This document shows positions 52,471 through 64,000 of a DNA stretch of 64,000 nt, one piece after another (positions within the stretch are counted from its first letter, which is position 1; each line of letters begins with the position of its first letter). Source of the stretch: Leptogorgia sarmentosa (lineage: Eukaryota). Under the pieces are notes generated by a model. The model saw only the letters and a list, made by a program, of their open reading frames with translations. It ran no database searches and was not told the DNA's origin. Where the stretch lies: contig OZ210884.1 in assembly GCA_964658305.1 (NCBI GenBank), positions 6,758,001 through 6,822,000 of the forward strand, written 5' to 3'. The position numbers and the translations under genes are program-made.

Positions 52471-52535
52471 CCAATAAGAAACCGAGATCGTCCCAAGTAT
52501 CCAATCAGAAGCCGATGTGATTGTTTTCCCATTGG
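52471..52535. promoter_or_regulatory. Three CCAAT boxes upstream of NAT10
   Basis: CCAAT at 52471 and 52501, ATTGG at 52531; ~300-370 bp upstream of the NAT10 ATG. Confidence 0.55.
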
Positions 52536-55039
52536 TGTGACTTAAGCTGCTGGGGGTACTCTTTGCTGGGGGTCTCCGAAATCAGATCTTTTCAAGTTTC
52601 GTGATGGGAAGGACGTTTCGGGCCGTCTTCGCACTAAAAAATACCAAAATCGAAAAGAAATTGCACAAGAAGTCAAGAATTTGGTCGCAAAGCACAGCTG
52701 CTTCAAGAAGAAGGTAGACAAACGCATTTTGCTTTTAGTTCTTTGTATATTTTTGTCGTTATTCGCTGCGCGAATTCGCAACCCCCACTTCCTAGCGTTT
52801 TGGAAGTACAGTTAAGACGTTTTACTTGAATATTTGTCTTCTTTCTTTCTTCATAGACATGGATAACTTCATGGATAACTTCCATATGGTTCAGAGGTTT
52901 TTAAAAGGTAAAATTTTAAGAAACGTTTGACGTGCGCACGCTTTTTATAGCTATTAATACGTACGTGTTTGTGAAATTCTGTGCGTGTTGTTTCTAGATA
53001 TATTGTTTGCTAAATGTTTTTTCTTTTACTTTTTACATAGAAAAGGCAGATGACATGGTCTCAATCTAAGACAAGGTAAAATTCAGATATTTTACAGCGT
53101 TTTCAGAGCAATTTTATCGTCCGAAATGTCGTGCGAAGTCTCGAAGTGTTTTGGCACAGGCGCCGACATGTCTTCTCTGTTGCATTCGCAAGCTTGATAT
53201 GAATCATTCTTGAAGTTTTAAACGTTTATTACGTTGTCAAATCTTTTAGTTTTATTTCGTACAAACGATAAGGATTTAAAAATGAGTTTAGCGAAAATTC
53301 AGGTTGAAATATTTCGCCCGGTAAGGAAGAGATAAGCAATTACAATCACAATTTTGTCAACTAATTTTGTCTTCTAAATTTAACAGGACTAGAAGTAAAC
53401 CAGCCGTTGGCGTCTAAGCAGTTCCAAGTTGGTTCAGCCTTCGTCTACACCGATGTCTACACTACAACAAGGTAGGATTCAAATATTCTTGTGTGTTTTT
53501 ATTGTATTTTTATTGCATGTTTGTCGGTTTAGTTTTTACTTCGAAACGCCACGCGAACGTTGAAGTCTAGAGTTTGTTTGTGACGGCGTTTGCTGTTTCT
53601 AATTTCACTTATGTGCGAATATTTATTGATTTACCTCGCTATTATGAAATTCGAAGTTGAAATGAAAAGATTTTGAGCGATTTTCCGTGCGTTTCGAGTG
53701 AGAAAAACATGTGTGACGTCACTTGTTTATCAGTTTATGAACTATGACGCACTCGAGGGATTTTGAAGCCACGCCCATCTGGGATTTGAGCAACATTCTT
53801 GTGGCGTAAACAACAAAATTTTGTGAAAAAAACAGCGCGCCAGGGAATTTTTAATAGTATTGCAAGAACAAGTTCGGGGGTGAACCACTAGATGCTTTGT
53901 ACTTGAATATCGGTAGGATATTTTTTTTCTTCAAGTGTTTTCAGTGATTTCCACGTTTTTCTTATTACCATCGTTCAAACTCTTTCAAAAATCTATTGGT
54001 TCACCCTATACTTCTGTAACTTTTACCATGCCTAGAATTATTTTAAAGTTTTCTCGAATTATTACACTAAAATCAACATGTCATGCAACGTGAATTTTTT
54101 TCATCTGGTTGTGGATTTTGTCATCTGGATGTGGATTGCCAGTACTTGTCTTCAAGCAATTCTTCCATTAGTTTGGTTACTAGGTAAACGAAAATGGCGA
54201 CAATGTTGTGATAACATTTTTTGCTTATAAAGGTTCCATTATAATGTTATTAGGCAACATTGATTACGACCAGGAGATGATTTTCTACTTTGTACACATT
54301 CGAAGTATTTTTTGAAAAATTTTTTTTATATGTTTTGCAGTTAAGAGGTTTTCCGGTTTTCGGTTCTTTTAGTAAATATCAGTTCTTTTATAATATGAAG
54401 CATTAGAAAACGTCCAAATTCTTATCCCCGAGTTCAATTGTCTAACATGTTACTCCTACCAGTGAAGAGACATATGATATGTATGCGGTGTATCTACGCA
54501 GTGTATATGTGCGCCCCCCTAGCTACGCCAAAAGTGGGGGGACATGTCTCCCCCTCAGGATTGACGCCATTGGTATGAAAGGAGTACTAATTCGGGTCGG
54601 TACTAGATCATGGTGACCTTACGCACACATCTGCGTCTGCTGTACATTCACGTCAGCGGTGATAGAAATTTCTATTGGCGTATTCACAAAAATAAACCAG
54701 TCCCAAACCATAAATCTGACCCTAAACTCGCCCCATGACCTAATTAACGTTTTGGTAGAGCTGTAAAGGTAGAGCGCACACGCAATCCATTCCGGAAAAA
54801 GACTCGTGTATTATTACAAATTAAAATACTAGAATTCGTGAAAGGTGAAAAGTTCAATATTTTTGTCAACGGAAAAAACGCACGCAAACCGGTCAATAAT
54901 AAATCCATGTATTTAGAGAAAACAACGGTAATATTATTATTATTAATAAGGGCAAAATAAAGGAGATTAAAGTCTGTTCGGTTTTTTAAATTTTTGCAAG
55001 TGATATTATTTTACCGTTTTTACTATCAAATTAAAAAAG

Positions 55040-56790
55040 TAATTGAAGATGATGGGTGAAGAATCTTTTGAAGGAAAGACAATGTTGGAGTTTCGGTGAA
55101 TTTAAAAATGCAGACCTCAAAGATGGATTTTAAGAGAGATGACATTTGAAAAAACGGAATTAAAAAAAAAAGAGATGGAAATTTTTAAAGAAGATGCAGT
55201 ATTTATAAACTTGGTAAAATTAAAGATCACTTGAAGCTGACTGTATCAACTTATTATTTAAATCATACCTTATAGCAAATTAACGATGCACTATATTAAC
55301 GCGACATGAATTAATATATTATACCTCAAATTCAAATTGTCCAATCAAAAGGGCGCATTTCTATAACGTGTTGGGGGGGGGCTCTTTCCGCGTATTTCAC
55401 GTTCCCATGAAAACAACCAATGATGACATTGGTGGTTGTCATTGGATCACGTGCGATACAGAATAATTATATATATCTGACGTTCCCATGACAATTACCA
55501 ATAATGACAGTGGTAGCTGTCATGGCAGCCTCAGATATTAACACACAAATAATAAATCATAATGCATGCATATAAGAACTTGTGTTCAATTTACTTTATT
55601 GATATGCTTTGATTTATTAAGTTCTTCAATAACGTAATATGCTGGTAAAATGTGTGAAGATGAAGGGTGAAGAATCTTTTGAAGGAGAGACAGTGTTGGA
55701 TTTTTGGTGGATTTCAATGTAAAATGTGTGAAGATGAAGGGTGAAGAATCTTTTGAAGGAAAGACAATGTTGGATTTTTTGGGATTTAAAAATGCAGACC
55801 TCAAAGATGGATTTAAAGAGAGCTGACATGTGAACAAACGGAATGCAAAAAAAATCAAAAAAGAGATGAAAATTTTTAAAGAAGATGCAGTATTTATAAA
55901 CTTGGTAAAATTAAAGATCACTTGAAGCTGACTGCATCAACTTATTATTTAAATCATACCTTATAGCAAATTAACGATGCACTATATTAACGCAACACGA
56001 ATTAATATATTATACCTCAAATTCAAATTGTCCAATCAAAAGGGCGCATTTCTATAACGTGTTGGGGGGCTCTTTCCGCGTATTTCACGTTCCCATGAAA
56101 ACAACCAATGATAACATTGGTGGTGGTCATTGGATCACGTGCGATACAGAATAATTATATATATCTTACGTTCCCATGACAATTACCAATAATGACATTG
56201 GTGGCTGTCATGGCAGCCTCAGATATTAACACACAAATAATAAATCATAATGCATGCATATAAGAACTTGTGTTTTATTTACTTTATTGATATGCTTTGA
56301 TTTTTTAAGTGCTTCAATAACGTAATATTCTGGTAAAATGTGTGAAGATGAAGGGTGATGAATCTTTTGAAGGAGAGACAATGTTGGATTTTTTGTGGAT
56401 TTCAATGTAAAATGTGTCAAGATGAAAGGTGAAGAATCTTATGAAGGAAAGACAATGTTGGAGTTTCGCTGGATTTAAAATTCAGACCTCAAAGATGGAT
56501 TTAAAGAGAGCTGACATGTGATACACACGGAATGAAACAAAAAGTCAAAAAAGAGATGAAAATTTTTAAAGAATATACAGTGTTTATAAACTTGGTAAAA
56601 TTAAAGATCAATTGAAGCTAACTGTATCAACTTGTTATTTAAATCATACCTTATAGGAAATTAACGATACACTATATTAACGCGACATGATTTAATATCT
56701 TACTGTATACCTCAAATTGAAATTGACCAATCAAAAGAGCGCATTTCTATAACGTGATGGGGTGATGTTTCCGCCTAATAATTTCACGTT
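55040..56790. repeat. ~685-bp tandem repeat, ~2.6 copies, with internal ~74-bp duplication
   Basis: CAGACCTCAAAGATGG recurs near 55112, 55795 and 56483. Confidence 0.92.
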
Positions 56791-57524
56791 CAAAAATATT
56801 CTGTTTATGCTATGTCCATTTTAAGTGTGTTTTATAAAGAGCAGTTTGCTATGAATGTATTATATCTTTGCTAAAAATATTAATTTCCTCACCCGAAAAC
56901 ATATATTTTATTATATATTGTAATGTTTTTTCAAGCCTGTTTCTATCAAGGGCAAGCAGTTACCTTATGGTTATGTGGACTAACTAGTAACATTATCTAC
57001 AATTTGTGACTGAACAATTGAAAACATTCATTAGTTCGAAGAAACCAATCCTTCTGTACATTCATAATTGGTTGAGGTTTTACATAAATGCCACCACAAA
57101 AATTACTATATATAATATATTTTGTATCATAGATGCGCCCATTTCAATATTTAATGGAGTTAGTGAATTTGCAAAAATTTAGTTTGGTATATTTCATTTA
57201 ATTGCATGCATGGAGTGTCATATTTTGAACATGATATATAAGCGGGTTTTAGGTTTCCATTATATAAGTAAAGCGGCTGTTAACTTGTTTCTAGGATGTC
57301 TCAAATTCTACTCAATTTTCAAATTGAAGTTCCTTATTGGTTGATCGAATTGTTGTCAATTTTTGCCTAGCAATCTAAACTGGATGGGCGCCCGCATGCA
57401 TTCGTTGCAGCAGCCTTTCGCAAAATGCAAGTTTTAAGAATGTGCTAAACCAATTCTTATACCCATTCACGTTCCCAACGTAAATTTCTTTCCTGTCATT
57501 TCTGTTAATTACTGCAGTAGTAGT

Positions 57525-58475
57525 ATTCAATGCATGGAAAAAATCTAGAAATAAATGTATGTAAAAAAAGCACACAATCTCTGTTTCGTATGTTTGTACC
57601 TTATGTTTTGTACCTGTAGCAAACATGTATCTTTTTTCTCTAATTACATGTAACTCCTGTTTGCTACTTTGCTCTACTCTCTAACCATCTTGGATTGAGA
57701 CAGGCGACTATCTCATGGTTGCCGGAGAGCTTGTGAATGTAATGTTTTTTTATCAATTAAATAATATTTAATGCATGGACAAAATATAGTAATAAAAGTG
57801 TGTAAAAAAAGCACACAATCTCTGTTTCTTATGTTTGTACTTTATGTTTTGTACCTGTAGCAAACAAGTATCTTTTTTTTCTCTAATTACATGTAACTCC
57901 TGTTTGCTACTTTGTTCTACTCTCTAACCATCTTGGATTGAGAGAGGCGACTATCTCTTGGTTGCCGGAGAGCTTGTCAATGTAATGTGTTTTTTGTCAA
58001 TTACTGTAGTTAGTAATAATATTTAATGCATGGAAAAAATATAGTGATAAAAGTGTGTAAAAAAAGCACACAATCTCTGTTTCTTATGTTTGTACTTTAT
58101 GTTTTGTACCTGTAGCAAACATGTATCTTTCTTCTCTAATTACATGTAACTCCTGTTTGCTACTTTGTTCTACTCTCTAACCATCTTGGATTGAGAGAGG
58201 CGATTATCTCATGGTTGCCAGAGAGCTTGTGAATGTAATGTGTTTTTTGTCAATTAAATAATATTTAATGCATGGAGAAAATATAGTAATAAAAGTGTGT
58301 AAAAAAAGCACACAATCTCTGTTTTGTATATTTGTACCTTATGTTTTGTATACCTGTAGCAAACATGTATCTTTTTTTTCTCTAATTACTTGTAACTCCT
58401 GTTTGCTACTTTGCTCTACTCTCTAACCATCTTGGATTGAGAGAGGCGACTATCTCATGGTTGCCAGAGAGCTCC
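57525..58475. repeat. ~245-bp tandem repeat, ~4 copies
   Basis: AAAAAAGCACACAATCTCTGTTT recurs near 57564, 57805, 58060 and 58302. Confidence 0.93.
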
Positions 58476-59269
58476 ATGTAATATGTTGTCGGTCATGTCG
58501 TTATTATTTGTCTTAGTTTTGTTTACTCTATCCTGTTTTGTATTCGTAAAGAAGTGGTATGGCACAGAGAAAACTTTGCATAAATTGTACAATCTGTAAA
58601 AAAGGTTTACGATTTCGCTTTCAAGAAAAAACACTAGCCAGGGATTGGCAATACCAATCAACCAATAAGACTTTTCCTGCAATTGCAATTAGTCCAAATA
58701 TGGATAAAAAATATGAAAAATTCGCACAAAATACCTTTGTCAAAAGCTTATGAATGTTTAAAATTAGATACTCCATGCAAATAAAGAAAACCCTGTTAGT
58801 TTCCTTGGGAAATGCACATGCCAACAGAGTAGGTGCGCTAACATAAATGAAATGACGCAATTGCGTATAAAATCGAGAATTACTAGGCCTATATATTTAT
58901 TAAGTTTGATGAGTTACCACAACAAACCCGAAGGCTTTGGGATATCCTGAGACTTCCACGCGCTCGCCGCCCCCTTCTGCAGCCAAACTACAAAACATCA
59001 CATGGAAACACCCACTCTCCCAACTACAATCCTAATGCTTTAAAAATTCCACCAGGTGTTTACACACTGGCTTTAGCCCTGCGGTCTTGCGATAAAACCC
59101 GCGCTCTTTTTCTCACTCTGTTTTCTAATGCTTCATACAAAAGTACTGTTAAACTAGGCTTTTTGGCAATCAAATAAATTTAAGAAATTTTATTGATTAG
59201 TAAGTGTACGAAATGTGTACAAATTAGAATGTTCAGAGATCTGGGTGGAAAATAAAATAAACAAACATG

Positions 59270-59555
59270 ACAGTGGGTGGAGTGAAGACTTTCGCGTGGT
59301 ACTAGACAATGGTTGGAATCGAGACTTTCGCGTGGTACTAGACAATGGTTGGAGTCGAGACTTTCGCGTGGTACTAGACAATGGTTGGAGTCGAGACTTT
59401 CGCGTGGTACTAGACAATGGTTGGAGTCGCGACTTTCGCGTGGTACTAGACAATCGTTGGAGTCAAGACTTTCGCGTGGTACTAGAAAATGGTTGGAATC
59501 AAGACTTTCGCGTGGTACTGGAGAATGGTTGGAGCCAAGACTTTCGCGTGGTACT
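59270..59555. repeat. 36-bp minisatellite, 8 units
   Basis: Unit GACTTTCGCGTGGTACTAGACAATGGTTGGAGTCGA, head-to-tail with no spacers. Confidence 0.95.
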
Positions 59556-59988
59556 ATATAGAATTCTGGTGGTCAGAGTTTAGCAAGTAGTGCTCTATAT
59601 GAAGCACCATTGCACCTTGTGAGAATACACTGTTTGGGGCTATTTCTTGCTAATGGTAGAATTTAAAGGTGAATAACTGGGAATCAATTGTTTTTTCTCG
59701 AAAATTGCGCGCTTTTTAGATGATGAATGGTGGGAAAAACGACTTCCTTGAACAGGGCTAAAGAGGGGTATAAAAAAGACTGAACAGATTTGAAATCCCT
59801 CTCAATTTCTCTCGCCGTTTCTATAAAGTTGAGTATAAATTTTCAACGTAACTATAACATTTCCTGCAATCTGATTGGTCCAGGGTGACCGTCTCTGAAG
59901 TAATAGACGACATACTGGCTAGCCAGTAACTATCACTTTTTCATAATTAAAATTCAAAATGGCCGTTTCGGTTATTTTTGTTATCAAA

Positions 59989-61320
59989 TTTACAGTTTCG
60001 GTTCGTGGAATGTTAGTGAAAAGACTCTCAACGTCATAAGAAATAAAGAACTTGTCATGTGGTGCATTGGCGTTAAAAGATATAAAGTCATCGACGAAAG
60101 TGATGAAATATCTTTTAACGCCAATGCTCCACACGACAAGTTCTTTATTTCTTATGACGTTGAGAGTCTTTTCACTAACATTCCACGAACCGAAACTGTA
60201 AACATCGCTATTGACTTAATTTTTGCCGACAATCCAACATTTACCATCAACAGAACTGAACTTAAACAACTATTCCACATCGCCACTTCCGAGACTCATT
60301 TTTTATTTGATGGTAAATACTATGACCAAACGGACGGGGTAGCTATGGGTTCCCTTAGCGCCTATTTTAGCCAACATTTTTATGGGTTTTCACGAACGAA
60401 ACTGGATCAACGATTATAACAACACTAAACCTTTATTTTATCGCAGATACGTTGACGACATATTTTGTGTTTTTTAATGACGAAACTGAGGCTCTACTAG
60501 CTGGTTTTCGACTACCTGAACAAACGAGCACAACAACATAAACTTTACATATGAAACTGAACGAGACAACAAACTGCCATTTCTCGACGTCTTGCTTACT
60601 AAATCACACGACACTTGTGTCACAATGACATCTACGGTCTACCTACCACAGACCAACGTATACAGGACTATTGATGAACTATTTCAGCTTCACCCAGCAC
60701 TAGCCTACAAAACGGGACTGATACGAACGTTGACAGACAGAGCACGGAAATTGAACAACGCAGAAAATGGAACTATCTAAATCTATGGTAGTCTACCAAT
60801 TTTCTTGCGCGGGATGTAATTCCCGCTATATTGGTGAAACTTCTCGCCAATTAGCTACCAGGATAAAGGACACACGACCACAGACAGAAACTCTAACATT
60901 TACAAACATCTACACACTTCTCCTTCTTGCAAAAATCAATTTTCACACTCCTGCTTCAAAATCATCGACTCCGCTCACTCAACATTTTCTCTCAAAATTA
61001 AAGAGGCTCTTCATATCAACAAAATCAATCCAGATCTTAACGTCCAAATTCACCACTTAAATACTATATTTAGTTTGTAAATATAGTTATTCTTATCATT
61101 TCATATAAACAACTCTGTAAATAGATCGTCTTTCGACTAGTGCTTGTAAATAATTTATTCATAATTTAGTTTTTATATTATTGTATCATATTACCACATA
61201 TTATTCACTTTGCACTGAAGATGGCATCCTGAAGGTTTCGAAACATGTATGCTTTTAAAAAATATATCGTTTATCTTAAATGTGTATTTAATTTAGTGTT
61301 ATTTTTATCCAACAAATCTC
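59989..61320 (+). mobile_element. Decayed, 5'-truncated Penelope-like retroelement (RT + GIY-YIG)
   Basis: RT motifs SYDVESLFTNIP, QTDGVAMGS, RRYVDDIF, LPFLDV across frameshifts; GIY-YIG VVYQFSCAGCNSRYIGETSRQLATRI; stop at 61080; 3' boundary approximate. Confidence 0.92.
61212..61252 (+). ncRNA. Minimal type I hammerhead ribozyme-like motif in the PLE 3' repeat
   Basis: GCA-CUGAAGA-[18 nt]-GAAA-CAUG-UA-UGC: core nucleotides present, palindromic stem III, 3-bp stem I, weak stem II. Confidence 0.7.
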
Positions 61321-62795
61321 GATTTTTTCGCTAGCAAAGTGGTGATATGAGCGTGAATTTGTATTTTATGTAAACAAACTATAAGCGGAGTAAACAAAAC
61401 TTGAATTTCTACTTAACATACAGTTTGAATCAAATCAGTTTGACCTGGAAATTTATACTAAAACAATTTGTCTAAATTGTTAAAAGTCTATTTTTGAACC
61501 GTCGGAAAAACGTTTATTTTTGAAAAAATGAAAGTTTGCAAAAAGTTATCCTCCCTCTAAATTTTGAAAATTCAAAAAAGATACGTTTATTCTACATTCT
61601 AAATACCCAAACAAAAAACTGGGTACTTCGAGGCCCTTCACGAAGTTGAGAGCGATGTAAGTTTGTGTTTGTTCAGTTGTTATAATGTAGCATGCATCCT
61701 GCAGTAAAATGGTGACACTGGATGCTTTAAAAACGAAATTAAAGATCAAGAAATATTATGACTTCTAAACGAATTAAGTCGCGTTCCATTTGTGAGAATC
61801 CAGATTTTGATTTTACGGATTCGGATTACTCAGATTTTCAATACAAATCGAACGCTACAGGTTGATTTAGCGCGGGTCCCCTCGTAAAATGTGAAGTAGC
61901 TACTTCGTATAGGCTTTTGAAATTTGTTGTGACATCCAAAATGATTTCAAAAGAATCGTTGATAAATCCGGTTCCAATTTATGATTAAATCCATAGGTAG
62001 CCCAATCAGTGAGCCCAACAAGCCGCACCCATCACGTACTACTGAATGTTACGTCATGCGTGCGGATTGTTGGGCTACTTATCAATCCGAACAATCCACC
62101 TCTTGCAACAGAATGAACAGATTAACTGGATTGCAGTCCAATTCAGAAATGGAACATTTAATCTGAAATGTGATTCAAAAATCTGTTTTTGGATTTGTCA
62201 AAAGAAACGCGACTTTAGATTGCGAGATTAGTACGAGTTGTTTTAATAATAGAATCAGCGATGAAACAAAATTTCAGCCGGAAACGGAAGTCAGCAGACT
62301 GATTGTTTTTTGGCTGCTCGCTATATCTGTCTGCCGAGGAATTGGATAGCGAATGGTAGTGTGATTCTACTAAAAGTTAGCTATATTTACTCATATTATC
62401 ATAATTTGCGCAAACCAAGTATTTTGACCATCAGAATTATTAATTATTGTCAAAGATTCCTTTTTGCTTCCCTTTCGGTTTTCCTTTAACATCTGCAATG
62501 AGGGTATATCTTCACTTGTAGCAGTAAAAAATCCCTAAACAGATGCGAAGGTATTACGTAGAAGAAATTCAAAAGTGTCTAGTGGGGAATGGTCGATTAT
62601 TTGTGAAAATAAATTGTTAATTATTCGTCTCAAACTACTTTCATCTTAAAGCAGGATTCAGCTAGAGATTTTATATCTTTTTGTCTGCCTCGGGCTACGA
62701 CAACTTGTAATGTTGTCTCGCATATGCAAGCTAATAGTTCGTTGTACATGATGGAACTAAAATGCGCGCCCTGTTCTCATCGAAACATCTGTTTA

Positions 62796-63046
62796 CCCTT
62801 ATGAAAAATACACATGTGTTTCACATGTGAATCACATGTGATTGTTCCAATTCCACATGTGAACTGAAACTCATGTAAAACCCACATGTGAAACACATGT
62901 GAAACACATGTGAATCACACGTGAATCACATGTGAATCATAATATTATGTGAATCATTGTGAATCATGTGATTGTTCCAATTCCACACGTGAACGTACCA
63001 CATGTGTTTCACATGTGGGTTTTTACATGTGTATTTTTCGTAAGGG
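62796..63046. mobile_element. CCC...GGG-ended MITE built from CACATGTG repeats
   Basis: TIRs CCCTTATGAAAAATACACATGT / ACATGTGTATTTTTCGTAAGGG with TA on both sides. Confidence 0.8.
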
Positions 63047-64000
63047 TAAAATAGGTCTCCACACTAATAACGATACAAAATTGTTTTAATCTCTAAGAGA
63101 TGAATCCTGCTTAAAATCAAATCATATAAATAATAGGCTATAGCTGTTAGGATTATGTAGGCTTGAAGCTTTGATATCATTTGTACGCCCTCTGAAACTA
63201 CTTTGATTTATGTTAGATAACGCGGTACGTACCGCATGTACTAGTACTTCACTTGACTATATTATATACTTCACTCCTTCATGTCGAACCAGTGCACTGT
63301 AAATTATCGATAAAACATCCAACAATAGTTATCCTACATGTATATACAAAGCACAGTTTGTCTACTTGGAGTACCCGTCTGGTATGGGACTACTGGAAAT
63401 TATGACAAAAATACTGCGAGTTTGAGCTAGTAGCCGAGGAGGATAGCCTCGGCCTCTATACTGGTTTTTGGCGTAGGTGTTTTTGCCAGAATCTCAGGAA
63501 TATATTTCTTTTAGCTTAGTTTAGAATATAGGCTTGTAATCACCTCGCCTTCGGCGACTAATTGTTAAATGAACAACGGCTGAGTAGCCAATCAGAATGT
63601 AGCATTTGTAATAGACGATGGTTGGGTGTATACTAAATTGGGATATTGATCATGAAATTATGACATTCACATTGCGTGCATAACAAAGAAACAAATCTAA
63701 AGCCATAGTTGAAACTTATGCCGACTGAGATCTGAACATCTGCAACAGTATTCAATGCCGGCAATGATCAAAAACAACTTTGAAGAAACATAATGACTTA
63801 TTTCTACTTCAAATACCCAATCACGTTGAAGCACTTTGATGATATAGCGCAGTTGAAATCAAAGTACAGCCCTCATTTTTATGCATATTGTATACATACA
63901 TTTTATGTTCATTTGACGACTTATTAATGTCAAATTTCGATTAATATTGACTAAAAAATTTTCAGTAGATTTGCTCAGGGATGATATAGCATTGAACTGA

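Noticed and set aside
59023..59039. ZNF143-site-like ACTACAATCCTAATGC
   Set aside because: Imperfect match with no promoter or snRNA gene identifiable nearby.
59270..59555. CRISPR-like 36-bp repeats
   Set aside because: Units are contiguous with no unique spacers, there are no cas genes, and the context is eukaryotic. This is a minisatellite and its ORFs are repeat artefacts.

Overview
AT-rich, intron-containing animal genomic DNA. The repeat and gene content suggests a marine invertebrate, probably an anthozoan cnidarian (inference only). Genes assembled by hand from splice sites and reading phase: two convergent single-domain IGFBP-like secreted protein genes inside a ~7.6-kb inverted duplication (1156-8805); an 8-exon type I membrane protein with a SEFIR-like tail (IL-17-receptor-like, minus, 12083-20211); a BTB-BACK gene with an intronless CDS (22254-23531); a ZNF143/ZNF76 (Staf) homologue with nine rather than seven zinc fingers (27847-35938); a 3-exon MORN-repeat gene (36934-38756); and NAT10 (minus, 39978-52166). 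The rest is MITEs, hairpin-ended elements, tandem arrays, a Merlin transposase fossil and a decayed Penelope-like retroelement with a hammerhead-like motif. The most striking observation is in NAT10. It has a U12-type intron whose first ~145 nt resemble, collinearly, the SNORD13/U13 snoRNA that guides NAT10 itself, but without C/D boxes or the second rRNA guide. This is a candidate autoregulatory RNA decoy overlapping a minor-spliceosome donor. Reference sequences were compared from memory and no searches were run.
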